Shown: one piece after another, positions 14,053 through 34,162 of the stretch
Position numbering within the stretch: position 1 is the first letter of the stretch
Layout: the number at the start of each line of letters is the position of its first letter
Assembly (NCBI RefSeq): GCF_009914755.1
Contig: NC_060938.1
Length of the DNA stretch: 64,000 nt
Source of the DNA: the human T2T-CHM13v2.0 reference genome, Homo sapiens
Direction: 5' to 3' (one strand)
Position numbers and translations under genes: made by a program
Notes under the pieces: model-generated
What the model was told of the DNA's origin: nothing
The model's input: only the letters and a program-made list of their open reading frames with translations
The model's database searches: none

Positions 14053-17000
14053 GGTGCCTATGGTGGAAAAGGAAATATCTTCACATAAAAACTACACAGA
14101 AGCATTCTGAGAAACTGCTCTGTGATGTGCGCATTCAACTCAAAATTTTGAACCTATCTTTTGAGAGCAGTTTTGAAACTCTCTTTTTCTACAATCTGCA
14201 AGTGGTTATTTGGAGCCCTTTATGTCTGATGGTGGTAAGGGAAATGTCTTCCCATAAAAACTACACAGAAGAATTCTGAACAACTTCTTTGTTATGTGTG
14301 CATTCATCTCACAGAGTTGAATCTTTCATTTGATTGAGCAGTTTTGAAACACTGTTTCTGTAGAATCTGCAAGTGGATATATGGAATGCTTAGAGGCCTA
14401 CTGTGGAAAAGGAAATATATTCACATAACTACACAGAAGCATTCTCAGAAAATTCTTTGTTTTGTTTGCATTCGTCTCACAGAGTTGAACCTTTCTTTTG
14501 ATTGAGCAGTTTTAAAACACTCTTTTTGTAGAATCTGCAAGTGGATATTTGGAGCGCTTTGAGGCCTATTGTGGAAAAGGATATATCTTCCCATAAAAAA
14601 TACACAGAAGCATTCTGAGAAACTTCTTTGTGATGTGTGCCTTCACCTCTCCAGGCTGAACCAATCTTTTTATAGAGCAATTTTGAAACTCTCTTTTTGT
14701 AGAATCTGCAAGTGGATATTTGGAGTGATTTGGGGTCTATGGTGGAAAAGGAAAAATCTTCACATAAAAACTACACAGAAGCATTCTGAGAAACTTCATT
14801 GTGAATGTGTGCTTTCAACTCAGAGTTGAACCTATCTTTTGATAGAACGGTTTTGAAACACTCTTTTTGTTGAATCTGCCAGGGGATATAAGAGCGCTTT
14901 GAGGCCTATGGTGGAAAAGGAAATATCTTCACATAAAAACTACACCGAAGAATTCTGAGGAACTTCTCTGTGATGTTTGCATTCCACTCACAGAGTTGAA
15001 CCTATTTTTCAATTGTGCAGTTTTCCATGTCTCTTTTTGTAGAATCTGCAAGTGGATATTGGGAGCCCTTTCCAGCCTATTTTTAAAAGGAAATATTTTC
15101 ATATAAAAACTACACAGAAGCATTCTCAGCAACTTCTTTCTGATGGGTGCATTCATCTCACAGTGCTGAACCTCTCTTTTGATCATGCAGCTTGGAAACA
15201 TTCTTTTTGTAGAATCTGAAATTGGATATTTGGAGTGCTTTGAGGCCTACTGTGGAAAAGTAAATATCTTCACATAAAAATTACACAGAGGTATTCTGAG
15301 AAACTTCTTTGTGATGAGTGCATTCAACTCACAGAGTTGAACCATTTCGTTTGATTGAGCAGTTTGGAAGCACTCTTTTTGTAGAATCTGCAAGTGGATA
15401 TTTGGAACGCTTTGAGGACTATTGTAGAAAAGTAAATATCTTCACATAAAAGGTACACAGAAGCATTCTGAGAAACTTCTTTGTGATGTGTGCATTCAAC
15501 TCACAGAGTTGAACCTTTCTTTTGATAGAGCAGTTTTGAAACACTCTTTTTGTACAATCTGCAAGTGGACATTTGGACAGCTTTGAGGTCTATGGTGGAA
15601 AATTAAATATCTTCACAGAAAATCCAGATAGAAGCATTCTCAGAAACTTCTTTATGATGTGTGCATTCTACTCACAGTTGAACATTTCTTTTGATTGAGC
15701 AGTTTGGGAACACTCTTTTTGTGCAATCTGCAAGTGGATATTTGGAGCGATTTGTGGCCTATTTTGGAAAAAGAATATCTTCACATAAAAACTACACGGA
15801 AGCATTCTCAGAAACTTCTTTGTGATGTGTGCATTCATCTCACAGAGTTGAACCTATCTTTTGATTGAGTAGTTTTGAATCTCTCTTTTTGTACAATCTG
15901 CAAGTGGATATTTGTAAACCTTTCCACCCTATTTTGGAAAGGGAAACTACACGGAAGCATTCTGAGAAACTTCTTTGTGATGTATGCATTCCTCTCACAT
16001 AGTTGAATCTTTCTTTGATTGAGCAGTATGGAAACAATCTTTTGGAAGAATCTGCAAGTGGATATTTGGAGCGCTTTGAGGCCTATGCTGGAAAAGGAAA
16101 TATCTTCACATAAAAACTACACAGAAGCATTCTGAGAAACTTCTTTGTGATGTGCGCATTCATGCCACAGAGTTCAAAATTTCTTTTAATTGAGCAGTTT
16201 GCAAACATTGTTTTTGTAGAATCTGCAAGTGGATATTGGAAGCCCTTTGAAGCCTTTGTTGGAAAAGGAAATATCTTCACATGAAAACGACACAGAAGCA
16301 ATCTGAGAAACTTCCTTATGATGTGTGCATTCATCTGACAGATTTGAACATTTTTTTTGATTAAGCAGTTTGGAAACACTCTTTTTGTAGGATCTGCAAG
16401 TAGATATTTGGAGAGATTTGAGGTCTGTGTAGGAAAAGGACATATATTCATATAACAACTACACAGAAGCATTCTGAGAAACATCTCTGTGATGTGCGCA
16501 TTCATCTCACAGAGTTAAACCTTTCTTCTGATGGAGCAGTTTGGAAACACTCTATTTGTAGAATCTGCAAGTGGATATTTGGAGCACTTTGAAGCCTATG
16601 GGTGGAATAGGAAATATCTTCACATAAAAACTACACAGAAGCATTCTGAGAAACTTCTTTGTGATGTGTGCATTCATCTCACAGATATGAAGCTTTCTTT
16701 TTATTGAGCAGTTTGTAAAAACTCTTTTTCTAGTATATGCAAGCGGATATTTGGAGCCCTTTGTGGCCTATGTTGCAAGAGGAAATATCTTAACATAAAA
16801 ACTACACAGTATCATTCTGAGAAACTTCCTTTTCATGTGTGCATTCATCTCACATAGTTGAACCTGTCTTTTGGTTGAGCAGTATGGAAGCACTCTTTTT
16901 GTAGAAATTGCAAGGGGATATTTGGAGAGATTTTATGCCTATCTTGGAAAAGGAAATATGATCACATAAAAACCACACAGAAGAATTCTGAAAAACTTCT

Positions 17001-18860
17001 TTGTGTTGTGTTCATTCAACTCACAGAGTTGAACCTATCTTTTGAATGAGCAGTTTTGAAACTCTCTTTTTGTAGACTCTACAAGTGGAAATTTGAGCCC
17101 TTTGTGGCCAATGGTGGAAAAGGAAATATCTTTCCATAAAAACTACACAGAATTATTCCGAGAACCTTCTTTGTGATGTGTGCATTCATCTCACGGAGTT
17201 GAACCTTTCTTTTGATTGAGCTGTTTTGAAACAGTCTTTTTGTATTAAATGTAAGTGCATATTTGGAGCGCTTTGTGGTCTATTGTGGAAAGGAAATATC
17301 TTCACATAAAATCTACACAGAAGCACTCTCAGAAAATTCTTTGTGATCTGTGCATTTATCTCAGAGTTGAACCCTTCTTTTGATTGAACAGTTTGGAAAC
17401 ACTCTTTTTGCAGAATCTGCAAGTGGATATTTGGAGCGCTTTGAGGCGTATGGTGGAAAATGAAATATCTTCACATAAAAACTACCCAGAAGCATTCTGA
17501 GAATCTACTTTGTGATGTGTGCATTTAAATCACATAGTTGAACCTACCTTTTGAGAGAGCAGCTTTGAAATTCTCTTTTTCTAGAATCTGCAAGTGGATA
17601 TTTGGAGTCCTTTGAAACCTATGGTGGAAAAAGGAATATCTACACAGAAAAACTACACAGAAGCATTCTGAGAAACTTTTTAGTGATGTTTACATTTATC
17701 TCACAGAGTTCAACCTCTCTTTTGATTGAGCAGTTTGGAAACACTCTTTGCAGAATCTGCACGTGGATATTTGGAGCGCTTTTAGGCTTATTGTTAAAAA
17801 GGAAATATCTTCACATAAAAACTACACAGAAACATTCTAAGAAACTTCTTTGTGATGTGTGCATTCCTGTCACAGACTTGAACCTTTCTTTGCATTGACC
17901 AGTTTGGAAACACTCTTCTTGTAGAATCTGCAAGTGGATATTTGGAGCACTTTGAGGCGTATCGTGGAAAAGGAAATATCTTCACATAAAAACTACCCAG
18001 AAGCATTCTGAGAATCTACTTTGTGATGTGTGCATTCAACTCACAGAGTTGAAACTATCTTTTGATAGAGCAGTTTTGAAACTCTCTTTTTGTAGAATCT
18101 CCAAGTGGATATTTGGAGCCCTTTGAAGCCTATGGTGGAAAAAGGAATATCTTCACAGAAAAACTACACAGAAGCATTCTGAGAAACTTCTTTGTGATGT
18201 GTGCATTCCTGTCACAGACTTGAACCTTTCTTTGCATTGACCAGTTTGGAAACACTCTTCTTGTAGAATCTGCAAGTGGATATTTGGAGCACTTTGAGGC
18301 GTATCGTGGAAAAGGAAATATCTTCACATAAAAACTACCCAGAAGCATTCTGAGAATCTACTTTGTGATGTGTGCATTCAACTCACAGAGTTGAAACTAT
18401 CTTTTGATAGAGCAGTTTTGAAACTCTCTTTTTGTAGAATCTCCAAGTGGATATTTGGAGCCCTTTGAAGCCTATGGTGGAAAAAGGAATATCTTCACAG
18501 AAAAACTACACAGAAGCATTCTGAGAAACTTCTTAGTGATGTGTGCATTCATCTCACAGAGTTCAACCTCTCTTTTGATTGAGCAGTTTGGAAACACTCT
18601 TTTTGTAGAATCTGCAAGTGGATATTTGGAGCACTTTTAGGCCTATTGTTGTAAAGGAAATATCTTCACATAAAAACTACAGAGAAGCATTCTGAGAAAC
18701 TTCTTTGTGACGTGTGCATTCAACTTACAGAGTTGAACCTATATTTTGATAGAGCAGTTTTGAAACTCTCTCTTTGTAGCATCTGCAAGTGGATATTTGG
18801 AGCCGTTCTCAGCCTAAGTTGGAAAAGGTATTAACTTCACATAAAAACTATACAGAAGCA
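14053..18860 (+). repeat. Alpha satellite, consensus orientation (CTACACAGAAGC family)
   Basis: ~171-bp periodicity; same diagnostic motifs as 2450-10190. Confidence 0.97.
17840..18534 (+). repeat. Perfect 342-bp (two-monomer) tandem duplication
   Basis: 17840-18181 equals 18182-18523 by eye, including rare variants CATTCCTGTCACAGACTTG, GGCGTATCGTGG, CTACCCAG and GAATCTCCAAG. Confidence 0.93.
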
Positions 18861-20222
18861 TGGTACTGCTACCAAAACAGAGATATAGTCAATGGAAGAG
18901 AACAGAGCCCTCAGAAATAATGCCACGTGTCTACAACTATCTGATCTTCTACAAACCTGAGAAAAACAAGCAATGGGGGCAGGATTTCCTATTTAATAAA
19001 TGGTACTGGGAAAAATGGTTAGACACATGTAGAAAGCTGAAATTGGATCCCTTTCTTACAGCTTATACAAAAATTAATTCAAGATAGATTAAAGACTTAA
19101 ACGTTAGACCTCAAACCATGAAAACCCTGGAGGAAAACCTAGGCTTTACCATTCAGGACATAATCATAGGAAAGACTTCATGTCTAAAACACCAAAAGCA
19201 AAGGAAACACAAGCCAAAATTGACATATGGGATCTAATTAAACCAGAGCTTCTGCACAGCAAAAGAAACTACCTTCAGGGTGAACAGGCAGCCTACAAAA
19301 TGGGAGAAAATTTTCACAACCTACTCATCTGACAGAGGGCTAATATCCAGAATCTACAATAAACTCAAACAAATTTACAGGAAAAAAACAAACAACCCCA
19401 TCAAAAAGTGGGTGAAGGACATGAACAGACACTTCTCAAAAGAAGACATTTATGCAGCCAAAAAACACATGAAAAAATGCTCACCATCACTGGCCATCAG
19501 AGAAATGCAAATCAAAACTGCAATGCGATACCATCTCACACCAGTTAGAATGGCAATCATTAAAAAGTCAGGAAACAACAGGTGCTGGAGAGCATGTGGA
19601 GAAACAGGAACACATTTACACTGTTGGTGGGACTGTAAACTAGTTCAACCATTGTGGAAGTCAGTGTGGCAATTCCTCAGGGATCTAAAACTACAAATAC
19701 CATTTGATCCAGCCATCCCATTACTGGGTATATACCGAAAGGACTATAAATCATGCTGCTATAAAGACACATGCACACGTATGTTTATTGTGGCACTATT
19801 CACAATAGCAAAGACTTGGAACCAACTCAAATGTCCAAAAATAATAGACTGGATTAAGAAAATGCGGCACATATACACCATGGAATAATAAGCAGCCATA
19901 AAAAATGATGAGTTCATGTCCTTTGTAGGGACATGGATGAAATTGGAAATCATCATTCTCAGTAAACTATCAGAAGAACAAAAAACCAAACACTGTATAT
20001 TCTCACTCTTAGGTGGGAATTGAACAATGAGAACACATGGACACAGGAAGGGGAACATCACACTCTAGGAACTGTTGTGAGGTGGGGGGAGGGGGTAGAG
20101 ATAGCTTTAGGAGACATATATCATGCTAAATGACGAGTTTATGGGTGCAGCACACCAGCATGGCACATGTATACATATGTAACTAACCTGCACATTGTGC
20201 ACATGTACCCTAAAACTTAAGG

Positions 20223-20260
<38 letters not shown>
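18861..20260 (+). mobile_element. 5'-truncated LINE-1 (L1PA3-like): ORF2 C-terminus, 3'UTR and (TAA)n tail
   Basis: ORF2 peptides (…[19 protein letters not shown]…); 3'UTR GCTAAATGACGAG...GCACACCAGCATGGC; ACAGAAGCA repeated at both ends (TSD core); stops and frameshifts. Confidence 0.96.
20225..20260 (+). repeat. (TAA)12 microsatellite derived from the L1 tail
   Basis: Read directly from the sequence. Confidence 0.95.
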
Positions 20261-24479
<4,219 letters not shown>

Positions 24480-27400
24480 GGAAAACTAGACAGAAGCATT
24501 CTGAGAAACTTCTTTGTGATGTGTGTGTTCATCTCACCGAGTTCAAATTTTCTTTTGATAGACCAGTTTTGAAATATTCTTTTTGTAGAATCTACAAGTG
24601 GATATTTGGGGCGATTTGAGGCCTATGTTGGAAAAGGAAATATCTTCATATGAAAACTAGACAGAAGCATTCTGAGAAACTTCTTAGTTATGTGTGTATT
24701 CATCTCAGAGAGTTGAACCACACTTTTGATTGAGCAGTTTGGAAACAGTCTTTTTGTCGTATCTGCATGTGGATATTTGGAGCGCTTTGATGCCTATGGT
24801 GGAAAGGGAAATACCTTAACATAAAAATTAGACAGAAGCATTCTGAGAAACTCCTTTGTGATGTTTGCATTCATCTCACAGAGTTCAACCTTTCCTTTGA
24901 TTGAGCAGTTTTGAAACACTCTTTTTGTAAAATCTGCTAGTGGATATTTGGAACGCTGTGAGGCCTATGGTGGAAAAAACATACCTTCACATAAGAACTG
25001 TGAAGCAGGTTTCCTAAAAACAGCCTTGTGATGTGTGCACTCATCTCGCAGAGGTAAGCATTTCTTTTCTCTGATCAGTCTGGAAACTCTGTTCTTGTAC
25101 AATCTGAAAAGGAGTATTTTTGATCACTTTGAGGCTTATGTTGACAAAGGAAATATCTTCACATACAAAGTATAAGGAAAGATTCTGAGATACCTCTTTG
25201 TGATATGTGCATTCATCTCACAGATTTGAACCTCTCTTTTGCTTCAGCAGTTTGGAAACAGTATTTTTGCAGAATCTGCAAACGGATATTTGTGAGCACT
25301 TTGAGGCCTATGCAGAAAAAGAAGTATCTTCATAGAAAACTATAAAGAAGTTTTCTGAGAAACTGTTTTGTGATGTCTGCTTTCATCTCACAGAGTTAAA
25401 CGATTCTTTTCTTTGATAATATGGCAAACTCTGTTGTTTTAGAATCTGCTAAGGGATATTTTTGAGTTCATAGAGCCCTATGGTGAAAAAGGAATTGTCT
25501 TCACATAAAAACTAGGCAGAAGCATCCTGAGAAACTTCTTGGTGATGTGTGCATTCATCTCACAGAATTGAAACTTTCTTTTGATTGAGCAGTTTGGAAA
25601 CGTCTTTTTGTGGAATCTGTAAAGGGATATTTCTGAGCACTTTGAGGCCTATGGTGAAAGAGAAAATATCTTCACATAAAAACTAGACTAAAGAATTCTG
25701 ACAAACTGCTTTGTGATGTATGCATTCATCTCACAGAGTTCAACAATTCTTTTGATTGAGCAGTTGGGAAACCGTCTTTTTGTAGAATCTGCAAAGGTAT
25801 ATTTGTGAGTGCTTTGAGGTCTATGGTTAAAAAGAAATATCTTCACATAAAAACTATAAAGAAGGTTTGTGAGAAACTTCTTTGTGATGTGTGCATTCAT
25901 CTCACAGAGTTGAACCATTCCTTTCATTCAGCAGTTTGGAAACAGTCTTTTTTTAGGATCTGCAAAGGGATATTTTTGAGCACTTTGAGGCCCATGGTGA
26001 AAAAGGAAACACACTCACATAAAAACAAGATAGAAGATTTCTGAGAAACATCTTTTTGATATATACATTCATTGCATAGAGATGAAACTTTCTTTTGATG
26101 AGCAGTTTGGAGACAGTATTTTGTAGAATTTCCAAAGTGTTATTAGTTAGCGCTTTGTGTCCTGTGTTGAAAAAGGAATTATCTTTACATAAATACTAGA
26201 CAGAATATTTCTGAGAAACTGCTTTGTGATGTGTGCTTTCATCTCACAGAGGTAACTATTTCCCTTCATTGAGCAGATTGGAAATTCTGTTCTTGTAAAA
26301 TCTGCAAAAGGATATTTGTCAGCGCTTTGAGGTTTATGGTGAAAAAGGAATTATCTTCACGTAAAAACTAGACAGAAGCTTTCTGTGAAACATCTTGGAG
26401 ATGCGAGAATTCATCTCACAGAGTTGAAACATTCTTTTGATTGAGCAGTTTGTAAACAGTACTTTGGTAGGTAGAATCTGCAAAGGGATATTTGTGATGC
26501 TTTGAAACCTATGGTGGAAAAGGAAATATTTTCACAGGAAAACTAGAGAGAAGCTTTCTGAGAAACCTCCTTGTGATGTGTGCATTCATGTCACAGATTT
26601 GAACCTCTCTTTGGATTGAGCAATTTGGATACAGTATTTTTGTAGAATCCGTAAAGGCATATTTTTGAGAGCTATGAGACCTAAGATGAAATAGGAGATA
26701 TCTTCACATAAAAACTAAACAGCTTTGTGAGAAACTTCTTTGTGATGTTTGCATTCATCTCATAGAGTTCAACCATTCTTTTGATTGAACAGTTTGGAAA
26801 CAGTCTTTTTGTAGAATCTGCAAAGGGATATTTATGAGTGCTTTAAGACCTATGGTGAAAAAGGAAATATATTCACATAAAAAGTATAAACATGGTTTCT
26901 CAGAAACAGCTTTGTGATGTATGCACTCGTCTCACAGAGGTAAATGTTTCTTTTCTCTGGTCAGTCTGGCAACTGTTCTCGTAGAGTCTGCAAAGGGATA
27001 TTTGTGAGCGCTTTGAGGCCTATGGTGAAAAAGGAAATATCTTCACATAAAAATTAGTGAGAGGCTTTCTGAGAAACCTCTTTGTGATGTGGGCATTCAT
27101 CTCACAAAGATGAAACTTACTTTTGATTGAGCAGTATGGAAACCGTCTGTTTGTGGAATCTGCAAAGGGATATTTATGAGCGCTTTGAGGCCAATGGTGA
27201 AAAAGGAAATATATTCATATAAAATGTATAAAGAAGGGTTCTTAGCAACAGCTTTGTCATGTGTGCACTGATCTCACAGAAGTAAACGTTTATTTTCTCT
27301 GATCAGTCTGGAATCTCTGTTCTTGTAGAATCTGCAAAGGGATATTTGTGAGTGCTTTGAGGCCTATGGTGAAACAGGAAATATCTTCACTTAAAAACTA

Positions 27401-30400
27401 GACAGAAGCTTTCTTAGTGGCTTCTTTGTGATGTGTGCAATCATCTCACAGAGTTGAACCATTCTTTTGATTGAGCAGTCTGGAAACAGTCTTTTTGTAG
27501 AATCTGCAAGGAATATTTGTCAGGACTTTGAGTGCTATGGTGAAAAAGGAAATATCTTCACATAAAAAATGGACAGAAGATTTCTGAGAAACCTCGTTGT
27601 AAAGTGTGCATCCATCTCACAGAGTTTAAACATTTTTTTGATTCAGCAGGTGGGAAGCAGTCTTTTTGCAGAATCTGCAAAGGGATATTGCTGAGCACTT
27701 TGAGGCCTATGGTGAAAAAGGAAATATCTTCATATAAAAACTATAAAGAAGGTTTCTGAGAAACTTCTTTGTGACGTAGGCATTCATCTCATGGAGTTGA
27801 ACTATTTTTTTGATTGTGCAGTTTGGAAACAATATTTTTGTAGAATCTGCAAAGGGATATTTTTGAGCTCTTTGAGTCCTAGGGAGAAAAAAGAAATATC
27901 ATCACATAAGAAGTATAAAGAAGGTTCTGAGAAACAGTTTTGTGATGTGTGCATTCATCTCACAGAGAAAAACGTTTGTTTTCTTTGATCAGTCTGGAAA
28001 TTCTGTTCTTGTAGAATCTGCTAAGAGATATTTGTGAGCAGATGGAGGCCTGTGGTGAAAAAGGAAATGTCTTCATATAAAAATTAGACAGAATTCTCCT
28101 GCGAAACTTCTCAGTGATGTATGCATTCATCTAACAAAGTTGAAACTTTCTTTTCATTGAGCCGTTTGGAAACAGTCTTTTTGTAGAACCTGCAAATGGA
28201 TATTTGGAGCATTTTGAGGCTTATGGTGAAAAAGGAAATATATTCACATAAAAACCAGACTGAAGGTTTCTGAGAAACTTCTTTGAGATGTGTGCATTCA
28301 TCTCAAAAAGTTCAATAATTCTTTTTATTGAGTGGTTTGGAAACAGTGTTTTTGTAGAATCTGCAAAGAGATATTTGTGAGGGCTTTGAGGCCTATGATG
28401 AAAAAGGAAATATCTTCACAGAAAAACTATAAAGAAGGTTTCTGAGAAACTCCTTTGTGATGTGTGCATTCATCTCACACAGTTCAACCTTTCTTTTGGT
28501 TGAGCGGTTTGGAAATAGTCTTTGTAAATATTCCTCAACTGGATATTTGTGAGCACTTTGAGGCTCATGGTGAAAAAGGAAACATTCACATGAAAACTTA
28601 ATAGAAGCTTTCTGAGAAACTTCTTTTTGACACGTGCATTAATCTCACAGAGGTGAACCTTTCTTTTGATGAGCACTGTGGAAACAAACTTTTTGTAGAA
28701 TCTGCAAAGCAACAATTTTGAGTGCTTTGCATCCTGTGGTGAAAAAGGAGATACCTTCACATAAAAACTAGACAGAATGTTTCTCAGAAACTGCTTTGTG
28801 ATATGTGCATTCATCTCCAAGATGTGTCTCTTTCTTTTCATTGAGAAGATTGGAAACTCTTTTCTTCTAAAAACTGCAAAGGGATATTTGTGAGCCCTTT
28901 GAGGCGTATGGTGAAAAAGGAAATATCTTCACATAAAAACTACACAGAAGCTTTCTGAGAAACATCCTGGTGATGTGAGCATTCACCTCACAGAGATGAA
29001 ACATTCTTTTGATTGAGTAATGTGTAAAGAGTCTTTTTGTAGAATCTGCAAAGGGATATTTGTGAACACTTGGAGGCCTATGGTGAAAAAGGAAATATCT
29101 TCATGTAAAAACTAGAGAGAAGCTTTCTGAGAAACCTCTTTGTGGTGTGCATACATCTCACAGGATTGAACCTTTCTTTTGATTGAGCAATTTGGAAAAA
29201 GTATTTTTGTAGAATCTCTAAAGGGATATTTGTGAGCACTTTGAGGCCTATGGTGAAAAAGCAAGTATCTTCACATAAAAACTAGACAGAAGCATTCTGA
29301 GAAACTTCTTCATGATGTGTGCATTAATCACACAGAGTTGAAACTTTGTTTTGATTGAGCCGTTTGGAAACAGTCTTTTTGTAGAGTCTGCAAATGGACA
29401 TTTGGAGCGCTTTGAGGCCTATGTTGTAAAAGGAAATATATTCACATAAAAACCAGACTGAAGGACTCTGAGAAACCTCTTTGATCTGTGTGCATTCATC
29501 TCACAGTGTTCAATAATTCTTTTTATTGAGCGGTTTGGAAACAGTCTTTTTGTAGAATCTGCAAAGGGATATTTGTGAGGGCTTTGAGGCCTATGGTGAA
29601 AAAGGAAATACCTTCACAGAAAAACCATAAAGAATGTTTCTGAGAAACTTCTTTGTGATGTGTGCATTCATCTCACAGAGTTGAATCATTTTTTGGATTG
29701 AGCAGTTTGCAAACAGTCTTTTTGTAGAATCTGCAGAAGGATATTTGTAGCGCTTTCAGGCCTATGGTGAATAAGGAAATATCATCACGTAAAAACTAGA
29801 CAAAAGTTTTCTGAGAAACTTTTTGTGATGTCTGCATTTATCTCATAGAGTTTAACATTTGTTTTGATTGAGCAGTTTGGAAAGTCTTTTTGTACAATCT
29901 GCAGAGGGATATTTAGGTGTGTGTTGAGGCCTATGGTGAAAAAGGAAATATCTTCACATAAAAACTAGAAAGAAGCATTCTGAGAAGCTGCTTTAAGATA
30001 TGTGTATTCATCTCACAGAGGTAAATCTTTCTTTTCATTGAGCAGTTCATAAACTCTGTTATTCTAGAGTCTGCAAAGGGATATTTTTGAGTGCTTTGAA
30101 AACCACGTTGAAAAAGGAACTATCTTCACCTAAAAACTAGTGAGAAGCTTGCTGAGAAACTACTTTCTGATGTGTGCATTCATCTAACAGAGTTGAAACT
30201 TTCTTTTGATTGAGCACTTTGGAAACAGTCTTTTTGTAGATTCTGCAGAGGTATATTTGGGAGTGCTTTGAGGCCTATATTCAAAAAGGAAATCTCTTCA
30301 CATAAAAACGGGAAGGAAGTTTTCTGAGAAACTTCTTTGTGATGTGCACATTCGTCTCACAGGGTTGAACCATTCTGTTTATTGAGCAGTTTAGAAACAG

Positions 30401-30545
30401 TCTTTTTGTAGAATCTGCAAAGGGATACCTGGGAACACATTGAGGCATATGGTGAAAAAGGAAATATCTTCACATTAAAAGTAGAAAGAAGTTTTCTGAC
30501 TAACTCCTTTGTGACGTGTGCATTCATCACACACAAGTAGTTTCT
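24480..30545 (+). repeat. Alpha satellite, older-type family (GCAAAGGGATATTTGTGAGC / GGTGAAAAAGG from ~24990)
   Basis: 171-172-bp monomers, more diverged, different diagnostics from those left of the L1. Confidence 0.94.
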
Positions 30546-33671
<3,126 letters not shown>

Positions 33672-34162
33672 TATGCTGCTATAAAGACACATGCACACGT
33701 ATTTTTATTGTGGCACTATTCACAATAGCAAAGACTTGGAAGCAACCCAATGTCCAACAATGATAGACTGGATTAAGAAAATGTGGCACATATACACCAT
33801 GGAATACAATGCAGCCATAAAAAATGATGAGTTCATGTCCTTTGTGGGGACATGGATGACATTGGAAATCATCATTCTCAGTAAACTATCACAAGGACAG
33901 AAAACCAAACACCACATGTTCTCACTCATAGGTGGGAATTTAACAATGAAAACACATGGACACAGGAAGGGGAACATCACACTCTGGGGACTGTTGTGGG
34001 GTGAGGGGAGGGAGGAGGGATAACATTGGGAGATACACCTAATGTTAGATGACGAGTTAGTGGGTGCAGCGCACCAGCATGGCACATGTATTCATTTGTA
34101 AGTAACCTGCACATTGTGTACTTGTACCCTAAACTTAAAGTATAACAATAGTAAAAAAAGAA
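33672..34162 (+). mobile_element. LINE-1 3' end (L1PA2-like), sense part of a 5'-inverted L1
   Basis: TGCTGCTATAAAGACAC...3'UTR TAGATGACGAGTTAGTGGGTGCAGCGCACCAGC, A-rich tail. Confidence 0.95.
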
